Position numbers and translations under genes: made by a program
Assembly (NCBI GenBank): GCA_016748015.1
Contig: JAAOMT010000213.1
Location: 523,107 to 587,106, forward strand
Source: Geosiphon pyriformis uo1
Taxonomy: Eukaryota > Fungi > Glomeromycota
Length of the DNA stretch: 64,000 bases
Direction: 5' to 3'
The notes under the pieces: generated by a model
Databases searched by the model: none
Told to the model about the DNA's origin: nothing
Seen by the model: the letters and a program-made list of their open reading frames with translations, nothing else
In this document: positions 51,812 to 62,357 of the stretch, one piece after another
How the letters are laid out: every line of letters starts with the position of its first letter
Position numbering within the stretch: the stretch's first letter is position 1

Positions 51812-53198
51812 ATGAATCCAGAAAATTACAACAACATCAAAAAACTATTTGGAGACTCTCACTATACTGGAAAATTGATCTCCAAGTGAAAAACATCGAT
51901 TACAACATCAATCCAAACAATATTTTATACATCATAACAAAATATATTACAAAAATTATAAAAACCCAGACCAACCACTCAGATTAGTACAGGAAAATAA
52001 AAAAGAAACAATTCTATACAATATGCACACAAATCCTTCTTTAGCACACTTGGAAAGAAATAAAACAATTCAAAGAACCCTTGAACATTATTTTTGGCCT
52101 CACATACAAAAAGACATTCGCCAATATGTAGAATCTTGTGATAGTTGTCAAAGAAGAGAAGAAACTTGTCCCACAGAACTTTTAAATCCAATCAAAGTTG
52201 GACAACCTTTTGACAGAGTTGGAATTGATTTAGTCGGACCATTACCTATCACAACCCAAGGAAATCATTATATTGCAGTTGCAGTGGATTATCTTACCAA
52301 ATGGCCTGAAGCTAGAGCCATCCAAAGAGCAGACGCAAAATCAGTAGCAAATTTCATCTATGAAGACATTATCTGTAGACATGGATGTCCAATTGAACTC
52401 TTATCTGATCAAGAAACACATTTTGTAAACAACTTGATACAAAAAATTTGTGAATGATTCAATGTCAAAAGACCTCTATCATTATCTTATTATCCTCAAA
52501 CAAATGGACTTGTAGAATGTTTCAACAGAACATTGTGTGAATCTCTAGCCAAAGTCTCAACAGACTTTGAACAGGAATGGGATATTTTTATTCCATCAGT
52601 GTTACTAGCATACAGAACACTAAAACAAGATACTATGAAACACACACCATTTGATCTTACTTATAGAAGGACAGCAACATTACCAATTAATTTTACAGTA
52701 GAAACATACCCAGTGCAACCAATTAATGAAGAAAACTTTCAAGAAACACTCCAAAGAAAAGCCTACACCCTTCTTAGTACACTGGAAGGAAAAAGAAGAA
52801 TAGCAGCAACTCATATTGAACATTCTCAAGCTCAACAAAAAGAAAGACATGACAACAAATTACCACCTATTACCAACAAATTTAAAGTTAGAAATAAAGT
52901 TCTCTTACACAGAACTAAGGCTGAAAAACAATGGAGTGGAAAATTTGAAAACAAATGGAATGGACTATTTTATATTCACGAAATTCTAGGCAATAAATTA
53001 TACAAGTTAAGACTTGATGACAAAATACTAGCAAAAGTTGCATATGGAGACAGATTGAAACACTATCATTTCAGAAACAATCCTAAACCATTAATTCCAC
53101 AAATTGGTACACATTCCCCTTTAATTAATCCTGAAGATATTCCCCGAAATTTAGAACCAATAATTATAATAGAACAACAACCAAACTTGAACACTTAA
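51812..53198 (+). pseudogene. Integrase ORF of A3
   Basis: ATG at 51812, one extra A near 51840; GIDLVGP, LLSDQ, CDSCQ; no chromodomain. Confidence 0.93.
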
Positions 53199-53345
53199 AT
53201 TTTACAATAATTCCCCAATAAAAACACAAAGAGAAAAAAAAATTGTAAATAAATTACAAAAACACCCAAACCCAAAAACAAATAAAAACCCCATATCCCA
53301 AAAATAATTTTCCTTATTTTCTTTTCATAATTAGTCAATTTTATT

Positions 53346-54053
53346 ATGATTATTCCCCGAAATATTCAACAAATATCCCAAAAGTTAATGTTAATTTTAA
53401 AAACACTTCCTGACTTATCCATAATGATTAATGGAAGTCAAATTAATTACATTCAGAAAAAAACCACAGCTCCAGTAGCAAATCATTCACAGAACTATCA
53501 CTTCTATAGAAGAAAAACAAAAAATCACTCTGAAAATAGGTTATCAAGACTTTTGAAGCAAGCACTAGAAGAAAATCTTTTAATTGCCCCTATTGACATT
53601 CCACCAAATGCTACAATACAACAAAAACTTCTACTACTTCTCAATGAACAGAACAATGAACACACCCCTATCTATAAATACTTTCACATTGGAAAGACAC
53701 TTTATGAATGAAAACTGGAATTTGAAGCAACAAATCTCACTCCTGAAGCTATACAAAAACAAATCCACAATGAATTCAAAACAGCAGCTGAACCAACAAA
53801 CACTCGCTACAAACTTAGAGCAGCTTTTAGACTCTATAATTTGTTTAATACTTGTGAAAATGTTCTACAAAATCCAATACTACAACCAATGAAAATCCAA
53901 TACATTGGCAAACTCACAGAACTAAAATTTCAACAATTTTCAGACCAGATTACTTCAATTATTTTAGATCACTATCTCAATATTATAGATAGTGCTTGGA
54001 CTTCAACGGAGCTCAGTCTTGAGGAGGAGATTATGTTACCAGTAGAATTTTAG
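53346..54053 (+). pseudogene. Accessory ORF3 of A3 (235 aa, one CGA-to-TGA stop), unknown function
   Basis: ATG at 53346; single frame running through the PPT and 20 nt into the 3' LTR. Confidence 0.85.
54021..54030 (+). promoter_or_regulatory. Polypurine tract of A3
   Basis: GAGGAGGAGA, 3 nt upstream of the 3' LTR. Confidence 0.85.
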
Positions 54054-54981
54054 CTATTAATTAGCATAAAATTATCCTTATAATTCCTATAATTAATTAG
54101 TATATTAATATTATTTCAAATTATTACATATCACGATTCAATTAAAAGAATCTAATTAGTATAACAGAAAGTAGGATAATCAAATTACACAATACCCTGA
54201 ACTTTGTAACATTCTAAAATTTGCCGAAATTTACAGAAATTCGCCGAAATTATGAATAGTTCACCCAAATTAATCAATAGTTCAGCGAAATAACTTGTAG
54301 TTCATCAAAATGTATCTTTAGTTTGCCGAAATTTGAGCAAAAAGAAAAAGTGCAAGTTCATAGACTAGTACTACAACAAGTTGTATAAAAGAAGAGCTTT
54401 TCTCTTCAAGAAAATATATCTTACTTTAGATTTATCTTTTAAAACCGTTCTTATACACAAAAAGAAATAAATATCAAATAATTCGAAAAACCAAATTTTT
54501 TTAATTATTGTACTTGGAAAATTCCCAAAACCCAACTAACATTTCGAAATTGATTAGCTACCAATTTCAGTAAACTGTTAGTGACTCCAGGCCTGGATAG
54601 AAAACGTTTCCCTTGACAGAATTCTATTTCTTTTACATTTTTTTTATTTTTCTTTTATTTTCTTATTACAATCATTAGGGTAGCCTACAGATGAGATTCC
54701 TGTAAAAGAGTTGACTTTTACAGTAAAGTAACTACACATTTTTAGTGAGCTTCTAGACGAGCAATTCCTGGGAAAGAGTTGACATTTACTATAACGTAAC
54801 TACATAAAGTAACTGGCAAGGAATTGGTCATTCCACTTATAAGCCCAGCAGTTCAAATTATAGGAGATAATTTGAAAATAAATTCAGTTATTGGAGGTTT
54901 AACTACTTCTAGAAAACGTGAATTTGCAATCAACAGACAGTTACAACATTTAAGAAAAGAGACCAAAAACCTCCAGTAACA
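54034..54981 (+). repeat. 3' LTR of A3
   Basis: Matches 45112-46076, differing mainly by transitions. Confidence 0.96.
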
Positions 54982-55422
54982 TCGTGGTCATAAAATTAAG
55001 GAGACAAAGAGTCTTGACTATTAAAAATAAATTTACTTAAAAACAATTTGTTTTTTTTAATATTATATCTAATATTAAAATTACTTATTTGTCAAAAAAC
55101 TATCAAATAATTAAAGATTTTATTATTTAAAAAATGTTTTAACAGTACTTATATTATTTTTATTTATAATATTAAAATTAATTTTAGTCTTAAAATTAAC
55201 AAAGTTCTTAAATAAATTAACCAAAAGACTAATAAAACTTTTAATAACTTTTATTATAATAATAATAATTATTTTTTATATTAAAATTTTTGCACAAAAC
55301 TTTATTCAAAAAAAAATAATCAGAATAATTAAAAAACCAATTAATTTAATAATAAACTTAATTAAAATAGTTAATTCAAAATTTTAAATTTTAAAAAATT
55401 TAATATAAAATTAATTACAAAA

Positions 55423-57790
55423 TTTTTTTTTATTGCTTAATAAGTGCAGCTCAAAAGCTATCTAGCACAATACATCAAACTAAGTGATTTAAACTAAGTG
55501 CTAATCATGTGTTTTCTATATGTGACTAGTTATTCGGACCAATTAAGAACACACTATGTTGAAGTCTTAGAAAAAAACTTATTTAAAGAAGACATCTTCT
55601 AAATAATACCAAACAAAGTAACACTATTAGGAACCAACTCAACCAGTCATTTAGCTGTTTTCAAGAGATCAGTTTTAATATAAACAGACTCATGAGTCCA
55701 AAGAAATATCAAGTTAGAAAATGTATCATTATCCACACTAATTGGATGTTTCAAATTACCAGACATATTAATATCTTCTATGCAGCACTCTTTTTTCAAA
55801 GAAATCACTTTTTTTGCCAGCTTATCAACAGTTCTACTAAAAAAAACTCATATGCATCAAAACTTCTTTGATTCTAAGACCAAAAGCACTACTTAAAACC
55901 AAATCATTATTAATAAACTGTTCAAAAGTTGTAATCAAAGAACCAATAAGCTTAACAATAGACTCAATCAAAACAGAAAGCTTAGTTAAATCAGACTTCA
56001 AAAAAAACAATCAGAACAGCACCAAAAGATTACCAATAACAACTAAAGAAAAAGCAAAAGATGACAAAGATAGAAATTCAGAGGAACTCAAAAGAGCAAA
56101 AGTCTTGGCATAAAACTTAGGATCAACAAAGCATGGTGTAAACACCTTGAAAAACTTGGAAGAAAGAGATGGAGAAACCTTACAGTCCACAGCCAAATAG
56201 TTTAGCTCTTGACACTTAAAACAATGCTAACAACCAGGAGTTTCTCACTAAATACAGCATTTTTTCAGTGTACCAGTTTTAACAATAGCAGAATCTAAAT
56301 TAGCTTGGAAACCAAATGTAACTAAAGCAAACCAGAAATAACAACCAGACTCAAAAAAACAAGGGATAAAACATGTCTGACCACCAACTTAAGAAATCAT
56401 ATCACTAATTTCAAAAGCTGTACATCCAGAAAAAAGATTGACCAACTTGGTTTTAAATCTATCACAAGACAAAATAGTCATATTTTAATTTACCAAAAAG
56501 AAAATTCTAACACTATTTTTACCCACCAAAACTAACCAATGACTCAAAACAGACACAGCAGAGTCCAACTTTTCAAAATAAACCATCACATACTGTCAAA
56601 TGTCAGCAGACTTTAGCACAACATAAGTAACATTACCAAACATACTAAGAACTGTCTTAATGTTAGCAGCAGACACACTCAAGAGCATATCACACAGTAC
56701 AACAGCAGCAGAAAGAGAACCAGACTCAGAAATTACCAAAGACTTGGCAATTTTAAGGGTGGCCAAATGTACAAAGCTTGTAAGCTCAACTAAAAATGCA
56801 GCATTTAGAGACACTTAAGAAGCAAACTCCACACAAAACAGTTTCACATTGTTTTTTGATATTGACTTTGCACCCAAAAACTATGTATTAACTGAAAAAC
56901 AGTCTTAATATAAGCTAATTTGATCTTAAAAATAGCACTAAGCACCAGAGTAAAGGCCACTCATCCAGTAAACCTTTAATGATTAATAATAGTTTCCTAA
57001 GCATCACCAGTGGCAGCACCAGAAACCAGAAAAGGAGATGATTCAGTTTCTATTTAGTCAGCCCAGTTCTCAAGAACAGATGACACCATAGGAGATGATT
57101 GCTTTGTTTCTAAAACTAGTGATAATCTGCTGAAAGACATTACATTTGGCAATACAGCCAGTAGTTGATCTTGGCCCATCTTGAATAATGTGCCAGATGA
57201 TGTAACAAAGATCCTATTTAAAATCTCATTTGGAACCACAAAGAGGTTTGGCATAACAATAGTAGAGACAAATGACTGCTCCCACTTTTTTGAACTTTTG
57301 GTTTTTTGACCATTTTTTTTGAAGAGAAAATGCTAAAAGCACCAGATGTTGAAGCTATGGAGAGAAATACCAACTTGTTAACTGGTTTATTATTAAACAT
57401 TTTTGGGCTCTTAGTAAAAGTGGAAACAACACTGGGACTAATCCAAGTGTGTTTCTTTAAGGGAACTTTGACTGGTGAAAAACCAGTCAAAGAAGAAGAA
57501 ATTGCTTCAGTGGCTACCAAAAACAGCTTTTTACGATTACTAAATAAAGAGAAGACTTTTAAAACGTTTTGCCTAGTTGCTTTTACAACAAAAAAAGCTT
57601 CTTTAGTTGAAATTTTATTAGATATTTTAGGAAAAATATTAGATACAGCCTTTTTATTCTTTGCTCTGATTATAGACATAAAATTAAGAAGACAAAAAAT
57701 TATGGTTTTATTACAAAATTAACAACAAAAACAACCAAAAATATAGTAACAAAAAAAGTCAAAGAAACAAAAACATTAATATATATTTTA
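55423..57790 (-). mobile_element. LINE ORF1-like element copy 2, apparently ORF1-only with poly(A) tail
   Basis: ORF1 remnant from 57679 to 55554, about 120-nt 3' UTR, then GCAATAAAAAAAAA on the minus strand at about 55423-55436; 5' boundary approximate. Confidence 0.7.
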
Positions 57791-59033
57791 CATTAACAAA
57801 AAATAAATTAAAAATTTTAAAGCCATTAATAAACTTTAAAAAAGACCTAAAAAAAAAAAAAAACACTTTATAATTTGAAAATAAATAATTTAAACTCTAA
57901 TATTTATAGCAATATTAATATTTAAAAGTTTTTTATTAAATATAATATTTATACAAAATACTAATTTTCAAAACAGTTGAACTTAAAGTTTCTAAAAAGT
58001 TAAAAATTACAACAATAAAATATTAATAATAATAAAAATTAAGAGATTGCAAAATAAAACACATAGGTACTAATTTGTAAATTCAAATTACTAATTTTAA
58101 AGACAATAGGACTATAAAAAAGATTGATTAATTTAGTTTTAAAAGTATTTCTTAAATTAATAACTTTTTTTTAATTAAACAGAAAAAAAATCTTATTATT
58201 TTTTTTAATCAATACAAACTAATTAATAAAAGCAGCAACATTAAAAAAAAAGTTTTTAAAATAAACAACAACATATTATTACAAGTTAATAGACTTTAAC
58301 TTAACCAAAATAATAATAATAAAACATTTTTAATATTATTAAAACATATTCCAAAAAAATATTACAAAATACAACAAATATATAAAAAAAACAAAAGTTA
58401 CTACAAAAAACTTTGTAATTTTAAGTATAATTAAAAAAAAATTACCAATAAAAATTTTAATAATAACAAAAAAAGTCTTAAAATTAATTTGAATTTAACA
58501 AAACTAAACAATAAATAAAACAAAAAATTAACCAAGCCAATTTAATTTTAAAAATAACACTAAATACTAAAATAGAAGTTATTTATTTAAAAATTTTTAA
58601 TAATTAAAAATTGTTTTTCAAATACTATTAAAAACAATATTAAAAAACAAAAAAAAGTGGTCAATTTAGTTTTTATATAATCAGTTTAATTTAGTTTCTA
58701 TATAATCAGTTCAATTTTTAAAATTAAATAACTTAATAGATTAATTAATTAAAAATACACTTAAAAATATATCTTGTTTTGCTTTTAAAACCAATAATAA
58801 TTTATTAAAAAATATTATAATTGGTAATACAATTATTAATTAATCTTAATTTATTTTAGAAAATGTGTTGTTATTGTTATTGTTTATATTAAAAAAAAAC
58901 TGGTTGTTATTATAAAAATTTTATTTAAAAGTTTGATTAAAATTACAAATAAGTTTGATATAATAATAGCAAATACAAATAACTCTTGCTGTTTTTTAAA
59001 GTCTTTAATCTTTTTAATTTTTGTAAAATAGTG

Positions 59034-59127
<94 letters not shown>
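59034..59127. repeat. (ATA)n microsatellite, about 31 units
   Basis: Perfect trinucleotide run. Confidence 0.98.
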
Positions 59128-59130
<3 letters not shown>

Positions 59131-60558
59131 CAAAAAAAACCAGCCTGTTAATTAGTTTGTTATTAAAAATTTTAGAGCTTTTAAAAAAAATAAAAACAAT
59201 ACTAAAATTAATTTTAATGTGTTTTTTAAAAAAAACTTTGACTAAAAAAAAATCATTAACCAAAAGTAAAAAAAATGTTTTAAAAACTGTTAAAGACAGT
59301 TTTTTATTATTAATATTTAAAAAAACATTGTCAAAACATTTTGCTTAGTTATTTCTATAACAAAAAAACTTTTTTTTATTGAAAGTTTATTAATTATTTT
59401 AGAAAAAGTAATATTTAAAACTCTTTTATTCTTTGCTTTAGTTATAGTTATAAAATTATAAATTTTTTATTATAATATTAGGTTTTATTTAACAAGTTTA
59501 ATAATTAAATTATTAAATTTTAATTAATTTTAAATTTATAAAATTTATAATTTTTTTTTACTTTTATATAAATAAAATTACTTAATTTAATTTATTATTA
59601 GTTAGATTACTAATTATTAATTTTATATTGATATATTAATACTGTTTTTTTTGTATTAAAAAAATATGTTAATTTTAGTTTAAACCAATTTAGATTATTT
59701 TTTATAATTTTTAAACAGTTATATTTTTTTAAGTTTAAAATAAAAATAAATTAATTAAATTTTTCAAAGTTAATAGCTAATTAATTTTAAAATTATTAAT
59801 TATAATATAATATAATAAATTTATAAAAAATACTTGTCTATTATAAAATTTTAAATGTAAATTTTGTCAAATTATTAAATATTTTAATATATTATAATTT
59901 GAAATATTACATAGTATTTAGTTGTACTTGTAAATTATATAAATTGAATTATTAATAAAATAATAATTATAAACAATTTAATTAAATAATAATTGAATAA
60001 TTAATGCTAAAATATAAAACAATTTATATTAATTAATAATTAAATATATGAACTTGAACATTAGCTAAATAATTTTTAGATTTTAATAATGCTTTTGTTT
60101 ACTAATATGGTAAGAAATTTTTTTTAATAAATTGTTAAAAACTGTTAAGACTTATAAGATTGAAAAATATGTTAATAATATAATTGTAAACACGGTGTTT
60201 TAGTGTACTGTAATCTTGACTGGTCTAAGTAAAAAGTACATAATTCATGTTTATAATCGGACATGTATATGTACTTTAACATAGATTGTAAAAATCAATA
60301 GTATTATGCAAATATAAAAATGAATGAAAACAAAAAGTGTTTTTTTAATTAATAGAAATTAATTTCTTAATTACTTTTAATACAATCTGTACATATTTAA
60401 GATAAATTAAATTAAATTAATCTTACATATTTTAATTAAAGGGTATAATACTTCGTTTTTGATTATCATGAATGACTTCAATAAATCCTCAGTGGGTAAC
60501 ACTAAAAATCAATAACTGATAGACCAAAATAATTTTTTGACAAATTAACTCGTTTACA

Positions 60559-62357
60559 ATGCAGAAGAAAGCACTGAACCCACCAACCACTGAATACGAA
60601 TTCTTGGGTCCCATCGGGGCCTTTCTAATGATAATTGTACTTCCGTTACTTCTCTACATGTTACATTTGGGTTGTACACCCCAAGGCTGTCCTTCCCAAG
60701 AATTTATTGCACAGCTCATATCCCCGTCATATCTTTTTTCGTTAATCACACCCAATAGTATCGTCGCGTTATTTGACCCTACTGCTTTTTTCGTTTATTC
60801 TTGTTTTATGGTGTACCTTTTAGTCTCCTGGTACTTGCTCCCAGGTCTGTGGGTTGAGGGAACCCCACTCCGCAATGGCAAAACAATTTGGTATAAAGTG
60901 AATGGATTTAAAAGCTATCTAGTTCTAGTATTGGGGATTTTGACTTTTTTGTGGTCTAAAGGACCCGAAGGACTTTCATTTATTTCGGATCGATTTATTG
61001 GTTTGCTCACCGCCTCTGTGATATTTTCGTTTGCTGTTTCTCTTTATGTGTATTTGGCTTCATTTCGTGCAGGAGAAGTTATTTTAGCATTGGGGGGTAA
61101 CTCGGGGAATATAATTTATGATGTAAATTGATTGAATCTAAACCAGGTTTCTTTTGTAAGCGCAGAACATAAAACTAAATGTTCATATAATCATTTTTTC
61201 GTGCCAAAGTATATGATAGGTCGTGAATTGAATCCGCGTATCGGTTCGTTTGATATAAAATATTTTATCGAGCTTCGACCTGGATTATTTTCTTGGACAA
61301 TCATTAATATAGCGATGGCAGCTAAGCAATATCAGGACCTTGGAAATTTAACAATGGGTATGTTTTTAGTGACGCTCTTTCAAGTATGGTATTGTGCTGA
61401 TGGCATCTTCAATGAGGTGTGTATCGAGCTAATAATTCAGGTTTAGGATTTAGTCATTTTGGAATATAATATCTATTTCAATTATTTTAGCCCGCAGTGT
61501 TAACTACCCTGGATATCACAATGGACGGCTTTGGTTGGATGCTTTCATTTGGTAATATATCATGGGTAGCTTTTATGTACCCTTTACAAACGAGATATCT
61601 CGCATTGCATCCTGTCCATTTATCCTGGCTGCAGATTATAGGTATTGTGAGTTTAAAGGCAATCGGGTTTGCCATATTTCGTGGAGCAAATAATGAAAAG
61701 AATATTTTCCGAACCAATCCTGACGATCCGAAAGTTAAGCGTATGTGTTTAAAATTACGTCATATCATTAAAATATAGTTATTCTAAATTTATACAATTA
61801 ATATTGGTAGATTTAAAGTATATATCAACAAAGGCTGGTTCACGTCTTATCACTTCTGGATGGTGGGGTAGAGCACGACACATAAACTATTTGGGCAAGT
61901 ATAAAATTCAAACTCTAAAACTCTCTTATAGTTCCTTTGCTAATTTTTATAATATAAGAAAGTTTCTCATATCTTTGTATCTCTAAAGGAGATTTTTTGA
62001 TGTCATGTGCATGGTGTTTGCCTTGTGGTAAGGAATTCTATACAACGTTCCAGATTCTCCAATCATCATCATCATTAATTGGATAATTATTTCTCAATGT
62101 TAAGGATTCGACGATATCTTTCCCTACTTTTACCTTGTCTACTTTGCTGTACTCTTGGTGCACCGCGAGCTACGCGACGAAGCAAAATGTCAAAAAAAGT
62201 ATGGAAAAGATTGGACGCGCTATTGTGAGATTGTAAAATGGCGAATAATACCAGGTAAGCAGCAAAAATTCTCTTTTATTATTTTTAATTCAGTAGTCAG
62301 CTCTGGTTATTTGAAAGATTCATCTAATACATTATTATTTCTCTAGGAGTTTATTGA
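60559..62357 (+). CDS. ERG24: Delta(14)-sterol reductase, 434 aa, 7 exons: 60559-61122, 61210-61416, 61491-61740, 61811-61894, 61989-62027, 62105-62254, 62347-62357
   Basis: [83 protein letters not shown]; spliced frame is intact. Confidence 0.93.

Larger units (their letters stand above)
45112..54981 (+). mobile_element. Full-length uninterrupted Gypsy element A3 (9.87 kb)
   Basis: LTRs 45112-46076 and 54034-54981; TSD TCAT (45108-45111) / TCGT (54982-54985); PBS and PPT present. Confidence 0.97.
55020..59460 (-). mobile_element. Extremely AT-eroded LINE ORF1-like copy 3 (about 55020-55420 plus about 57790-59460, interrupted by copy 2)
   Basis: Residual translation FFLVKVFFKKHIKINFSIV...SSKIFNNKLINRLVF aligns to FSPVKVPLKKHTWISPSVV...SPKMFNNKPVNKLVF; boundaries approximate. 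Confidence 0.6.

Noticed and set aside
52950-53198. Chromodomain at the integrase C-terminus
   Set aside because: Only the GPF/Y SH3-like module and a short tail are present; no aromatic-cage chromodomain pattern
53346-54053. ORF3 as an envelope gene
   Set aside because: Only about 220-235 aa, with no signal peptide, furin site plus fusion peptide or transmembrane anchor visible
45112-54981. Dating insertions from LTR divergence or calling any copy active
   Set aside because: Hypermutation inflates divergence, and every copy has multiple in-frame stops
58943-59348. Poly-Ile ORFs on both strands
   Set aside because: Artefacts of the (ATA)n microsatellite within an eroded element
60549-60558. 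TCGTTTA sterol-regulatory-element-like motif before ERG24
   Set aside because: Lies directly against the ATG, is short enough to be chance, and Upc2-type control is a Saccharomycotina feature
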